Below, piece after piece: positions 28,133 to 38,471 of a DNA stretch of 50,184 nt; position 1 is the first letter of the stretch; every line of letters starts with the position of its first letter. The notes under the pieces are model-generated. The model saw nothing but the letters and a program-made list of their open reading frames with translations, was not told the origin of the DNA and ran no database searches. The position numbers and the translations under genes are program-made. Source of the stretch: Candidatus Bathyarchaeia archaeon (GTDB lineage: Archaea; Thermoproteota; Bathyarchaeia; Bathyarchaeales; Bathycorpusculaceae); NCBI GenBank assembly GCA_049515895.1, contig JBEKTQ010000026.1, positions 1 to 50,184 of the forward strand, given 5' to 3'.

Positions 28133-31036
28133 TCAAAATCGTTTGCTGAGTGATTTGCGTTCAGCTTCCATAACTAGCTCGTAGAAATTATCCGAAAGCT
28201 TAGGCTCCTTCGTCAGAACGCCGGTTATATCGGAAATGTAAACACGCCGTGCACTCAAAGCCACAGCCGCCGCCTTCCCATATCTTTCAATCAGCTCCGC
28301 GGTTTGTTTAGCGTGAAGTTGAAGTTTTTCCTCGTCCTTCGCCAAGTGAACTTTCTTCTCAATCAAAGGTAGCGCCTTCTCTTCTTCAACCTTCAATAGT
28401 CCCAACGCATAGGAGCCGCATCTTGGACACTTGGGTTTGTCAGGAAGATCTTTTATGCGAATTGTTTCCATGTAGTCCCAGCAGTTTGTGCATATGAAGT
28501 TGCCTGTTTCATTTAACAATCGGGCTTTGGCTGCGGCAATTAACACAGCACGCATTTTCTCAGGCGGGATAAGGTCAGTTTTCATACTTACCCGTTCGAT
28601 TCCGACTCTAGCAACAGGAGTTGCGTTGCCGCCTGTCTCAACAATTTGGAAACCAACTTCGCCGCTGCGAATCCGATTAACGGTGCTTACTAACCCGTCT
28701 GCATCAAGGTCTTTGCTAAAGACCTCTTTCAAGCCTTCCTCGTAAATCGGCGTGCCTTCAAAACTTGAAATCAACTTTTGTATGCTGACGTTGCTGAAGT
28801 CAGCCCACTTTTTCAGTGCTCCGAAACGCCTTGCCACCTGTATTACTCGTCGCTTGAATAAGCCCGTCTTTATCGTTGAGCGGGTCAAGGTGGCTTTAAC
28901 CGTTTGGTCGCTCATCCTTTTTATTTCTTCAAAGACTTCAACCAACCCTTCGGCGCCCATGCTGCCCATAGTTTGGACAAAAATGCGGAAGGGATCGTGT
29001 TGAACGACGATGCCTCTTCCAAGCTTATCAGATAGCACTTCACCCAAAAATTGAGCCATAGCACGATTAACCAGAGAGCCAAAGTTAGTGTGAATAATAA
29101 CGAATTCGCCCCAATCCTCCACTATAATTCGGTTCGGAGTGGGAACGGCCAAACCAGAATTCACCTGCTCCGACGTTTCAGCTAAAGCTAGCAAAATAGT
29201 TTCTTTGTCGGCTGGGTAACGTTCAGAAAGCAAAGCACTTACCTCTTCAGCCGAGAGCCCCGAATGCATTTTTTCTTCAGTGAATCCACGGATTTCCGCC
29301 AGCTCCTGCGCTACCTCGTAGGGCACAGGTATTTCTTCCCCTATCCAACTCGGAATTGAACCTGCTGGGTCATCAACTGGGCGCACGTAAACCTTGTCTT
29401 CCGTAGCATGCATTATTTGCCAAGGGCTACCCCGTATGATGAATTTTGTTCCAGGCTTCCCGTATTCAGCCATGAAAGCTTCGTCTAAAACGCCTATTGA
29501 AGTGTCAGTTGACTCGTCAACGACAAGGAATTGTTTCTCCTCAGGAATCATCGACAGGTTATCAAAATAGTACTCGAACAAAGCCTTGGAACGCTGAGGC
29601 TTCAGGGCGACTTGGTCCTCAAAGCTCACCCACGCCAAGCGAGGAAAGCGCTCATGCATGTACTTGAAAGCTTTGCAAACGTCCTCCAAAGTAAGGTTCT
29701 GGAACGGTGCAGCGTTGCGCGCTAACTCCAAAACGTCATTAAATTCCAGGCGCCTGCTCTTGAGCATTAACCCAGCTATCTGATGAACCAAAACATCATA
29801 GGGTTTGTCGGGAATTTCAACCGGTTCCAAAGCTTCAACGAGTGCTCTGCGGGCAATGACCAAGGCTTCAAGCGTGTCGTCAGAATCCATGCCTATGATT
29901 AGGCCTTCCGCCACGTGGCCGTAAGTGTGGCCTGCCCGCCCGACCCGCTGGATCAGTCTGGTTACTTGCCGCGGACTCATGTACTGAATGACGAGGTCAA
30001 TTCGTCCAACGTCTATGCCAAGTTCGAGGCTGCTTGTGGCGATTAAACCTTTCAGTTCACCTCGCTTCAATCCTTGTTCAGCGGTTATCCTTGAAAGTTT
30101 AGCTAAGGACCCATGATGGATTGAAATTGGAAAATCGATGTCCCAAACTTTGAAGCGTGATGCCAAAACTTCTGATATTGACCGAGTATTTGTGAATAGT
30201 AGCACGGATTTGCGTTTGCTCATGTAGTCGCGGATAATGCGTAGTCTAGCAGCTACTTCTGGGTGCGTGTAGATTTTAGAGGCGAACCTCACGTCTTCTT
30301 CGCTTGGCTTAGGGTAAATCACTTGCAGCTTGACCATCTTCGCGACGGGTACACGGATAATCTCGACGGGGCGCTTGCTTCCCACGAGGAATTGGGCCAC
30401 TTTTTCTGGGCTGCCGATGGTGGCTGATAACCCGATCATTTGAAAGTCTTTTCCGATTAGGCTCCTTACCCGTTCCAGTGCCAGTGATAGCTGGCTTCCC
30501 CGTTTGCTGTCAGCTAACTCGTGGACTTCGTCGATGATTACCCACCGTAGGCTTTGTAGGTGCTGGCGCAGGACCCAGCCTGAAAGAATAGCTTGCAGGG
30601 TTTCAGGCGTTGTTATCAAGATGTCAGGTGGGCTTCGGGATTGACGCACGCGTTCTTTAGTTTCGGTGTCCCCGTGCCGAACAGCCAGCTTGATGTCTAG
30701 GCTGTTGCACCACCATTGAAGACGATCAAGAATGTCCCTGTTCAGAGCCCTAAGCGGCGTGATGTAGAGGACTTTTATGCCGGGAGTTTTGGGCTCTCGA
30801 AGAAGACTGCTAAGTACCGGCAAGAAGGCAGCTTCCGTTTTCCCAGTAGCCGTGGGTGAAATTAACAGGACATTTTTACCCTCGAGTATTCTCGGGATCG
30901 TTTTCTCCTGAGGCTCAGTTGGCCTTGAAAATCCCCTCTGTTCAACAAGCCTTCGAACCGGCTTAACAAGCATGTCAAAAGCGTTTTCAGAATCTGCCTG
31001 CAATACAAAGTGGACCTCGAATGATGAAGTAAGCAA
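28133..31036 (-). CDS. Lhr-like DEAD/DEAH-box helicase (true start probably slightly downstream)
   Basis: PTATGKT, DEVH, SAT, SSLELGID, QRVGRAGH motifs; C-terminal Zn ribbon. Confidence 0.93.
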   Translation of the reverse strand: MLTSSFEVHFVLQADSENAFDMLVKPVRRLVEQRGFSRPTEPQEKTIPRILEGKNVLLISPTATGKTEAAFLPVLSSLLREPKTPGIKVLYITPLRALNRDILDRLQWWCNSLDIKLAVRHGDTETKERVRQSRSPPDILITTPETLQAILSGWVLRQHLQSLRWVIIDEVHELADSKRGSQLSLALERVRSLIGKDFQMIGLSATIGSPEKVAQFLVGSKRPVEIIRVPVAKMVKLQVIYPKPSEEDVRFASKIYTHPEVAARLRIIRDYMSKRKSVLLFTNTRSISEVLASRFKVWDIDFPISIHHGSLAKLSRITAEQGLKRGELKGLIATSSLELGIDVGRIDLVIQYMSPRQVTRLIQRVGRAGHTYGHVAEGLIIGMDSDDTLEALVIARRALVEALEPVEIPDKPYDVLVHQIAGLMLKSRRLEFNDVLELARNAAPFQNLTLEDVCKAFKYMHERFPRLAWVSFEDQVALKPQRSKALFEYYFDNLSMIPEEKQFLVVDESTDTSIGVLDEAFMAEYGKPGTKFIIRGSPWQIMHATEDKVYVRPVDDPAGSIPSWIGEEIPVPYEVAQELAEIRGFTEEKMHSGLSAEEVSALLSERYPADKETILLALAETSEQVNSGLAVPTPNRIIVEDWGEFVIIHTNFGSLVNRAMAQFLGEVLSDKLGRGIVVQHDPFRIFVQTMGSMGAEGLVEVFEEIKRMSDQTVKATLTRSTIKTGLFKRRVIQVARRFGALKKWADFSNVSIQKLISSFEGTPIYEEGLKEVFSKDLDADGLVSTVNRIRSGEVGFQIVETGGNATPVARVGIERVSMKTDLIPPEKMRAVLIAAAKARLLNETGNFICTNCWDYMETIRIKDLPDKPKCPRCGSYALGLLKVEEEKALPLIEKKVHLAKDEEKLQLHAKQTAELIERYGKAAAVALSARRVYISDITGVLTKEPKLSDNFYELVMEAERKSLSKRF

Positions 31037-31180
31037 AGAGGCAAGTATTTAAAAAATATTGTTCAGAACTTAATCATTGCGCCTGAAAAATTTCGGCGGC
31101 GTGTTGTCGCTCTCTTTCCAATATTTGCTTAGCTTTATGACAGGAAGATTTGCTTTGTTTTTGGGCGAGGTTTTTTGTTG

Positions 31181-31300
31181 TTTGTGCTTTGGGTTGCTTT
31201 TCTGGTTTGGGGTTTGGATTGGCTGCAGGTTGCGGTTAGAAATCTCCCTAAATCTCCCGAATTCTCTCAAAATCTCCTTAAATCTCCCCAAATCTCCCCA
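31181..31300. repeat. 47-bp G/T-rich block followed by 6 x 10-bp tandem array (AATCTCCCyA)
   Basis: Block matches 36044-36090 at 41/47 positions; array spans 31241-31300. Confidence 0.8.
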
Positions 31301-31383
31301 AAATCGCTGCTTAGTCAAGCCAATGTGAAATCGCCGAGAAAAAAATGACACCTAACTAATCGGTTGAGAGTTGTCTTTTATTT

Positions 31384-31704
31384 TTACCATCCGTGCCTAA
31401 TCGTTGATGCGGTTTGAGGATGCTTGTTTTTCTTTTCGTCTTTTTTCCGATTGAACCTGTTGATTTTAACCACTTTGCCTTCCACAGCCGCCCAATGAGT
31501 GCTGTTTAGTTTCTTGCTGTTAACAAATTTGGTGACCATACGCTGCAATTCAAAAGTTGAAACGTCCTCGCCATCCAGTTCTAAACCGTCAGAGATTAAC
31601 TTGCTTTTTAACTTGAAGTGCTTTAGCAAAAAGTTGGAGAGGCTCTCTTTCTCGCCGTTTAAGTCGGGCATTTCAACTCTTACGGGGGTATGGCTCTTTG
31701 ACAT
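31384..31704 (-). CDS. Small basic protein, possibly ribosomal eL22-like
   Basis: L.NFL...F...S..ELQRMVTKFV..KKL...HW pattern resembles eL22; resemblance by eye only. Confidence 0.45.
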   Translation of the reverse strand: MSKSHTPVRVEMPDLNGEKESLSNFLLKHFKLKSKLISDGLELDGEDVSTFELQRMVTKFVNSKKLNSTHWAAVEGKVVKINRFNRKKDEKKNKHPQTASTIRHGW

Positions 31705-31865
31705 TAAATGTTCGCCACTCTACTTGTATGGCATTAGTTCAGCTAATAAAGGCTACTCACATAAAATGTCAGGCAAACATTTTTTGATCCTAGAATGATT
31801 CAGTTTACCGCCAACTTTAACTTTGAAAACACACAACGTTTAAGGCGAAAGGAAAGTGACGTTTC

Positions 31866-33239
31866 GTGAAGAAAACCAAAATTGTCTGTACTGTTGGGCC
31901 CACAAGCTTTTCCAAGCATGTTATCGAAAAAATGTTTCATGCCGGCATGAACGGCGCAAGAATAAACACTGCATACGGAAGCCTCCCTCAATACCAATCT
32001 GCAATAGAGACTGTTCGTGAAGTTGCCGACATAGCCGTCATGGTCGACATCAAAGGACCAGAAATCAGAATCAGGGCATCTCAACCGAAAACCTTTGCCA
32101 AAGGAGACGTTTTGGAAGTTGGTCCTAACGGTGAAGATTTCTGTTTCAATCATGATTTGTACGATAAAATGGCAACCAATGACTTAGTCTTAATTGACAA
32201 CGGCAAAATCAGGGCGCACGTGGTTGAAAAAGTGAACGGCAGGCTGCGCTTAAAATTTGCCAACTGCGGCACAATAGAAGACGGGAAAGGAGTCAACATA
32301 CCGAACAAGCGTCTGTCTGTTCCTACCCTTTGCGAGCGTGACCTGGAAATCCTCAAGCTTTGCAAGAAACTTGATGTGGAATATGTTGCGCTTTCATTCA
32401 CACGAAACGCTAGGGACGTTGAAAACCTGCTTCAAGCGCACAGGTTTGAAGGCGGTGTCATCGCGAAGATCGAGAATTCTGAAGGCGTTGAAAACGTGGA
32501 GGAGATTCAGGCTGTTGCAAGCGGGATAATGGTTGCTAGAGGCGACTTGGGGATTGAAATTGAACCTGAGAAGGTTCCTCTTGTTCAGAAGTCACTAATT
32601 AAATTGTGTAACCAGAAGGGCAAGCTGGTTGTCACGGCCACGGAGATGCTTGAATCGATGATTCAACAACCCTTCCCCACAAGAGCTGAAGTGAGCGACG
32701 TCGCCAACGCAATACTGGACGGCTCTGATGCCGTTATGCTTTCTGGAGAAACCGCTGTCGGTGCGTACCCTGTTGAAGCGGTTAAGATGATGACTAGGAT
32801 AGCTTATGAAACCGAAAAAGTCGTGAAGAGCAACGTTGAAGATAGCACTTTTATCAACGTTTCCGACACTGTCAGCAAGGCAATCCAGAGGATTTGTCAA
32901 AGCATGCCTGTTCACAAAGTTGTAACCTTAACTAGGTCAGGGTACACAGCGCGGATGATCGCTCGCTTCAAGATAAGTCAGCCAGTGATTGCCGTGACGC
33001 CGGATTCAAAAGTCAAAAGGCAGCTGGAACTGATATTCGGCGTGGAACCAGTTCTGATAAATTATCTCGACGAGAAAGACAGGATTACGTATGTTGCAAA
33101 TCAGCTATGCGCTATGGGTCTGGTGAACGAGAAAGAAACCGTTTTGTTCACTTCAGGGGTAAGGACAACGATGAAGCACGCGAGCAACTCGATTGAAATT
33201 CACAAAATAGAAGAACTGAGACAGTTCTCTTCTACCTAA
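31866..33239 (+). CDS. pyk: Pyruvate kinase
   Basis: KTKIVCTVGP, DIKGPEIR, IAKIE, MVARGDLG, PTRAEVSDVANA, MLSGETA motifs. Confidence 0.97.
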   Translation: MKKTKIVCTVGPTSFSKHVIEKMFHAGMNGARINTAYGSLPQYQSAIETVREVADIAVMVDIKGPEIRIRASQPKTFAKGDVLEVGPNGEDFCFNHDLYDKMATNDLVLIDNGKIRAHVVEKVNGRLRLKFANCGTIEDGKGVNIPNKRLSVPTLCERDLEILKLCKKLDVEYVALSFTRNARDVENLLQAHRFEGGVIAKIENSEGVENVEEIQAVASGIMVARGDLGIEIEPEKVPLVQKSLIKLCNQKGKLVVTATEMLESMIQQPFPTRAEVSDVANAILDGSDAVMLSGETAVGAYPVEAVKMMTRIAYETEKVVKSNVEDSTFINVSDTVSKAIQRICQSMPVHKVVTLTRSGYTARMIARFKISQPVIAVTPDSKVKRQLELIFGVEPVLINYLDEKDRITYVANQLCAMGLVNEKETVLFTSGVRTTMKHASNSIEIHKIEELRQFSST

Positions 33240-33439
33240 GAAGCCGTTTGAGTCGGGTTACCTTTTGTACCTTAGCTGGAAAGGCTAAATTCTTGAGTTT
33301 GGCCGGAGCAGCTCCAAAGAGTTTAGACAAAAACATGTCTAAATGTGACATTGAAACGTGAAATATCCATTCGAAAACTATGGAAAGTTTTTTATTCTAT
33401 AATGATAAAGCATGGAAGTTGTAATACGGAGGAAAAAGT

Positions 33440-33610
33440 ATGGCTAAATGTCCAAAATGCGGAACCGAAATTATAAAGGCAAAAAAGACTTGGAAAATGG
33501 CTGGTCGTCCAGATAAAGCAGGAAAACGCATGCAACTCGAAATCGGACTTTACGAATGCGGGAAATGCGAAAACACCTTCCGCGAAGTTTTAAGCAAAAA
33601 GAAAATCTAA
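33440..33610 (+). CDS. 56-aa Zn-ribbon, Cren7-like chromatin protein
   Basis: Below the ORF-track cutoff: MAKCPKCGTEIIKAKKTWKMAGRPDKAGKRMQLEIGLYECGKCENTFREVLSKKKI; GGAGG RBS upstream, T-tract downstream. Confidence 0.75.
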   Translation: MAKCPKCGTEIIKAKKTWKMAGRPDKAGKRMQLEIGLYECGKCENTFREVLSKKKI

Positions 33611-33642
33611 ACTTGCAACCAATCTGCAGTTGCATTTCCTGT

Positions 33643-33662
33643 CCTTTTTATTTTTCTTTTTT
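33643..33662 (+). terminator. Oligo-T archaeal terminator
   Basis: T-rich tract ~35 bp after the Cren7-like stop codon. Confidence 0.55.
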
Positions 33663-33903
33663 GGCTAGGTAACTTTAAGACTAGAAATCCGTGCTGAAGG
33701 AAAATCCCCGTTAAGGCAAGAGCCCGAGTTCGCTACTGTGAATGTGGAAAAGTGAGTTCTTTCAAAACTTAGTCACCATCCCCCTGATTGCGGCGGTTAT
33801 TTTTGTGTTGATGGTGGCTTGAGCAGCTGCTGCTCAATGATCCTGAGCTGAGCAATAAAAGACAAAAACAACAGAACTGGACTTCTCGCTGGGCACAGAT
33901 GTC

Positions 33904-33911
33904 TTTATAAA
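33904..33911 (+). promoter_or_regulatory. TATA box upstream of tbp
   Basis: TTTATAAA about 55 bp before the start codon. Confidence 0.5.
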
Positions 33912-33963
33912 GTAAGTTTTTGATATCAGAATATTTAAGGGCGGTTAATGAAAAGGGGGAAAC

Positions 33964-34527
33964 TTGTTGCCGAAGGTTAAAGCTACAATAAGCGTTGAAA
34001 ACGTGGTCGCTTCCGCAACGCTCAACCAGAAAGTTGATTTGAACGCCGTCGTCAAAGGTTACCCAGGCGTTGAGTATCGCCCTGAACAGTTTCCTGGCTT
34101 AGTTTTCAGGTTAAAACGTCCCAAGACTGCGACTTTGATTTTTAGTTCTGGAAAGATGGTTTGCACGGGGGCTAAATCCGAGAAGGAAGCTCGTCGGGCC
34201 GTCATGAAAGTGGTTAAGGAACTGAAGAAAGGGGGCATCATAATAATCAGCAAGCCCGAGATGAAAATACAAAACATCGTGGCTTCGGGTGGTTTAGGCG
34301 GCATGATCGACTTGGAGAAGGCTGCTTACACTTTGGGTCACGCTATGTATGAACCCGAGCAGTTCCCAGGATTAATCTATAGGATGCAAGAGCCGAAAGT
34401 TGTGATTTTATTGTTTGCAAGTGGAAAACTTGTCTGCACGGGAGCCAAACAGGAACAAGATGTTTACATTGCCGTAGAAAAATTGCATACGCTACTGGAA
34501 GAAACCAGCCTGATATTCTACGAATAA
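33964..34527 (+). CDS. tbp: TATA-box binding protein
   Basis: Two repeats NVVAS/NIVAS...Y.PEQFPGL...F.SGK.VCTGAK. Confidence 0.98.
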   Translation: MLPKVKATISVENVVASATLNQKVDLNAVVKGYPGVEYRPEQFPGLVFRLKRPKTATLIFSSGKMVCTGAKSEKEARRAVMKVVKELKKGGIIIISKPEMKIQNIVASGGLGGMIDLEKAAYTLGHAMYEPEQFPGLIYRMQEPKVVILLFASGKLVCTGAKQEQDVYIAVEKLHTLLEETSLIFYE

Positions 34528-34537
34528 AACGTGCGTT

Positions 34538-35176
34538 TTACTGCTTTTTTATTTGTTTCAGGATTGTTTTTAGGCTTTCCTTGTCCATTAGGCCCGAGTC
34601 GTACAGCACATTTGCTATTTCGCTGATTTTCAGCATGGGATGAAGTTTGATTCCGATTTTTTCAAGTTGCCCTCTTCCGCCTTCTTCCCGATCAAGGAAT
34701 ACAATGGCGTCTGTTACCACGCCGCCTTCTGCTCTGACGATTTGAGCGGCTTTTTTCAGGGTTAATCCAGTGGTTACTAGATCGTCGACTAAGAGAGCTC
34801 TGTCTCCCGACACCAAGATTCCTTCTACACGCCTTTCTCTGCCGCGAAGTCGAACACCTCTTCGAACGTAAAGGAACGGTTTTTCAAGGTTATAGGCAAC
34901 TTGAGACGCAAAAACGATGCCGGTTAATGGTACACCTGCGATTCTGTCAAAGCTTTTTGCCCCGACTTCGGTTTGGATGTATTGGGCGTAGAAGTCGCAG
35001 ATTTCTCGGAAGGCATCTGGAAAACTGGGGATAACCCGCAAGTCAACGTAGTATGGGCTGGATTTTCCGCTTGAGAGTTTGAAAACCCCAAATTTCACTG
35101 CGTCGATTTTGAAGAGGATGTTTGCCATTTTTTCCTTTTTTTCTTGAACTGCCTGGTCAGTTTTCATTTTTTTCAC
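34538..35176 (-). CDS. pyrE: Orotate phosphoribosyltransferase
   Basis: FKLSSGKSSPYYVDLR and VDDLVTTG motifs. Confidence 0.92.
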   Translation of the reverse strand: MKKMKTDQAVQEKKEKMANILFKIDAVKFGVFKLSSGKSSPYYVDLRVIPSFPDAFREICDFYAQYIQTEVGAKSFDRIAGVPLTGIVFASQVAYNLEKPFLYVRRGVRLRGRERRVEGILVSGDRALLVDDLVTTGLTLKKAAQIVRAEGGVVTDAIVFLDREEGGRGQLEKIGIKLHPMLKISEIANVLYDSGLMDKESLKTILKQIKKQ

Positions 35177-35877
35177 TTCCTTTTTGACACTTGGTAAATT
35201 TTGTTTTGTTCAGGGATCAAGCATGTTGTCCTCGGCAGCTCCTTCTTCATCATCTGAGCGAATTCTGTTTGGCTTGCTGCGGAGGCTGTGTGGTAAGGCA
35301 CGGCAACCTGTGGCTTCGTTAAGCGTGCTATTTCGAAGCCTGTCTGCGGCGTGGAGGCTGGAGCTATGCCCACGGTGCAGAAGACCATGTCGAATTTTTC
35401 TTTTTGACCCATAACCGCCATCTCTGGAAAAGGCAAGCTGTCTGCTGTGTGGTAGGTTTTGACGCCGTCTTCACTGGTTACTATGTAGGTTACGGGTGCT
35501 TGGGCTGGGTGGTTGCATTTTTCTGCCTTGACTGAGACTTCGCCGATTTTGATTTCTGCGCCTGGTTTGGCTTCTTGCAGTTTACCCATGGCTATGACAT
35601 GTTGGAGTTTTTTTGTTGAAGCTGAATCAGCGATTATGGCGCAGTTTGTTTCTTTGTGGATTTCTGCTATTAGTCTTGGGTCAAGATGGTCATAGTGCTC
35701 ATGCGTTATAAGGATTGCATCCACGTTTTGGAGGCTTCTGGATTTGATGTCAACTGGGTCTATGACGACGGTTTTACTGGGTGTTTTCAGAAGTATTCCA
35801 GCGTACTGGTTGAACCAAACGAATAGAATAGCGTTCTTTTCCGGTATTTTCTGTATTGACATAACTTGATTCCTCAA
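35173..35877 (-). CDS. Metallo-beta-lactamase-fold hydrolase
   Basis: IDP, THEHYDH, YHTAD, PYH motifs. Confidence 0.9.
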   Translation of the reverse strand: MRNQVMSIQKIPEKNAILFVWFNQYAGILLKTPSKTVVIDPVDIKSRSLQNVDAILITHEHYDHLDPRLIAEIHKETNCAIIADSASTKKLQHVIAMGKLQEAKPGAEIKIGEVSVKAEKCNHPAQAPVTYIVTSEDGVKTYHTADSLPFPEMAVMGQKEKFDMVFCTVGIAPASTPQTGFEIARLTKPQVAVPYHTASAASQTEFAQMMKKELPRTTCLIPEQNKIYQVSKRK

Positions 35878-36043
35878 AATGATAATGTAAATAGCGTTTT
35901 AAAGAACTATCGTTAATCAGCGGCTGACAAAAGGCTTCTGAATATGAAAAAAGCAAAGCCTTCATTGATTTCTAGAACACTTCCTGTAAGCTTCATTACG
36001 CAAGCGCCCCTCGCAAGTGATGAAGTCGAACGCGATTTTGTTC

Positions 36044-36177
36044 TTTGTGTTTTGGGTTGCTTTCTTGGTATGGGGCTTGGATCGGCTGCAACTGTCATCT
36101 AGAAACATGTAAAAACATCTATAAAGCTCTAGAATAATCTAGAAACATCTAGAAAAATCTAAAAAGATCTAAAAAAG
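36044..36177. repeat. Second copy of the 47-bp block followed by 8 x 10-bp tandem array (TCTAGAAAcA)
   Basis: Block spans 36044-36090; array spans 36098-36177. Confidence 0.8.
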
Positions 36178-36347
36178 TCAATGCCCGAGATATTTTTTAC
36201 CCTTGAAATTTTTTGATTGCATACTCACAGTCACATACATTTAATTCTCTCAATTTTAAAAGAATACTCCACAATAGAGTAGCGTGAAACTCCAAAACTC
36301 TAGATAATAAGATTAAACTTCTAAGCCTTAAGGGAGACAAATTTGAT

Positions 36348-37493
36348 ATGACTCAACCTTCTGCGAAGAAAGATGAAGATTTAAACCAAAGGTACGTCCG
36401 CCCAATAAACGAACTGTGGGAAATGTGGAAACCCAGAGTAAAAATGAGAATCTACCCCTTCACTTACGCCTCTTATGAAGACGTGGAGCGGGTAATGACC
36501 AGCCTGACTTCCTATGACAGGGACAAGTGGGCAGCCGCTTTCAGCTCTGCAGCAAAACCCTACGAAGAAAAAGCTGCCCTAGCCGAAAAAGCAGGCGATT
36601 CGCCAAACGCAAAAGAAAACTATCTTAAAGCCTACCAATATTACAGGCTCGCTCGGTACCCAACAATCAACTCTCAGGGAAAGAAAGAAGCTTACCGGAA
36701 GTCACAGGAAATGCTGTTTAAGGCTTCCCATTATTTTGACGCCCCACTTCAACGGGTAGAAATACCCTTCACGGGAAAGGTCGGGGAAGGGAACAAGATT
36801 ATTGCTTACTTGCGAGTGCCCAAAAAGGGTTCTGCACCTTTTCCTCTACTTTTGAGTTGGGGTGGAATCGACGGTTTCAAGGAGGAACAGCTAAACGATC
36901 CTGCCTTAGAGCATGGTTTAGCAACTCTAGCAATTGATGGTCCCGGAGTTGGTGACTCGCCAATCAAAGGCTCAGAGGATGCCGAAAGAATATTTGGAGC
37001 CGTGTTGGATTGGGTTGGCACAAATAAAAACTTGGATCCTAAAAAGGTTGGAGTATGGGGTTATAGCACTGGCGGTTATTGGGCTGTCAAAGTGGCCCAC
37101 GTTTACAGAGATAGAATAGCTTGTGCAGTGAGCCAAGGAGGACCAGTCCATTACGCATTTGAACTTGACTGGATTCAAAAGCAAGAGAAAGGAGAATATC
37201 CCTTCGAATTCTTTGAAACCATCACTTACGCGTTCGGCCTGTCAAGCTACGAGGAGTGGGTTGAATACGCGCCTAAGCTTTCCCTCCTAAGACAAGGCAT
37301 CTTAGATAAGCCAAGCGCACCATTATTGCTTGTAAACGGAATATACGATTCAGTGTTCCCAATCAAAGATTATTATTTGTTGCTCGAGCATGGCAGTCCA
37401 AAATGCGCCAGATTTTACGAATCGGGACACATGGGCTTCACCAAGGACACTTTTGATACTATAATGAACTGGATCTACGGAAAATTAATATGA
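36348..37493 (+). CDS. Alpha/beta hydrolase (FrsA/DUF1100-like)
   Basis: GGIDG.KE, GYSTGG nucleophile elbow, D in NGIYD, H in SGHMG. Confidence 0.88.
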   Translation: MTQPSAKKDEDLNQRYVRPINELWEMWKPRVKMRIYPFTYASYEDVERVMTSLTSYDRDKWAAAFSSAAKPYEEKAALAEKAGDSPNAKENYLKAYQYYRLARYPTINSQGKKEAYRKSQEMLFKASHYFDAPLQRVEIPFTGKVGEGNKIIAYLRVPKKGSAPFPLLLSWGGIDGFKEEQLNDPALEHGLATLAIDGPGVGDSPIKGSEDAERIFGAVLDWVGTNKNLDPKKVGVWGYSTGGYWAVKVAHVYRDRIACAVSQGGPVHYAFELDWIQKQEKGEYPFEFFETITYAFGLSSYEEWVEYAPKLSLLRQGILDKPSAPLLLVNGIYDSVFPIKDYYLLLEHGSPKCARFYESGHMGFTKDTFDTIMNWIYGKLI

Positions 37494-37669
37494 AAGATTC
37501 AGAAATCCCATACAGTAAAGTCAACAAAACTACAAGTTCAATCATGTATATCCATGAGAAAATCATAAAATTATTGAACCTTCTCGAACGTGAGGTTGTT
37601 GGAACCTGAATTGATTAAGCGTTCCTTTTCATGAGAATATTTAGAACCGTTTAGGTCGCTTTGCCGCAT

Positions 37670-38224
37670 TTACTTAATCCATTTCAGGATATTCGGTTTC
37701 TTTCTCTTTCCTGCTGCTTGTTTGGTTTTGGGATGCCCTAAGATTAAGGGCACCATCATATCATGGTTCTCAGGGACTCCAATCTTCTTAAGAACGTCCG
37801 GCTTGCTGTTTAAAAGTGAAACGAAACCCATATAGCAGGTTCCAAGCCCAAGCTCATACGCCTTCAAAAACATATTCTGTGCAGCAAGAACACTGTCTAT
37901 TAAGTTCCAGCTAGCCCTTTGTTGGTCTTTTTCTGCACATACCAAAACGAGCACAGGCGCATTATAGCAGATTAAATCAGACTCTGAAGAATATCGCTGG
38001 GCTGAAGAGGGGAACATCTGCTTAATCAAAGCTTTCGTTTCATCAGAGACATACTTAATTAACTCTCTATTTTCGATGACGATGAACTTGCAAGGCTGTC
38101 TGTTCATAGCTGTTGGAGCCCAAACGCCCGCTTCCAGAACAGCCTCAACTTGTTCCTTCGAAACAGGCTCATCCGTATAACTTCTAACGCTTCTCCTACC
38201 TTTAATGCAAACATCAAGTTCCAT
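37670..38224 (-). CDS. Nitroreductase family protein
   Basis: RRSVRSY, APTAMNRQP, QNMFLKA..LGLGTC motifs. Confidence 0.93.
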   Translation of the reverse strand: MELDVCIKGRRSVRSYTDEPVSKEQVEAVLEAGVWAPTAMNRQPCKFIVIENRELIKYVSDETKALIKQMFPSSAQRYSSESDLICYNAPVLVLVCAEKDQQRASWNLIDSVLAAQNMFLKAYELGLGTCYMGFVSLLNSKPDVLKKIGVPENHDMMVPLILGHPKTKQAAGKRKKPNILKWIK

Positions 38225-38471
38225 TGTTCGTTCCTCTGAATATTTAGTACCATATCAAATGTATTTATCGCTAGCGCTAAAAATAGGTTCATGCAAATAG
38301 GGTAGAAAGAAATCCGTGTTTGAGAGCAGGTCGAGAACTCAGCGATTACGGCCTAACCCAATTCTTCATGCTTAGTCAAGAAACCTTGATTAAAATCAGT
38401 CAAGAAACTTTTACGGTTTAGAAAAAAATGCTGATTTAATTCGCCTGTTAGTTACTCAGAAATTTGAAGAG

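Noticed and set aside
33690-33890. RNase P RNA (GAAGGAAAATCC...ACAGAACTGGACTT resemble conserved words)
   Set aside because: The two segments do not pair to form the P4 helix.
31241-36177. 10-bp arrays, and the 24-bp array at 5916-6035, as CRISPR
   Set aside because: Contiguous tandem units with no unique spacers, and no cas genes in the window.
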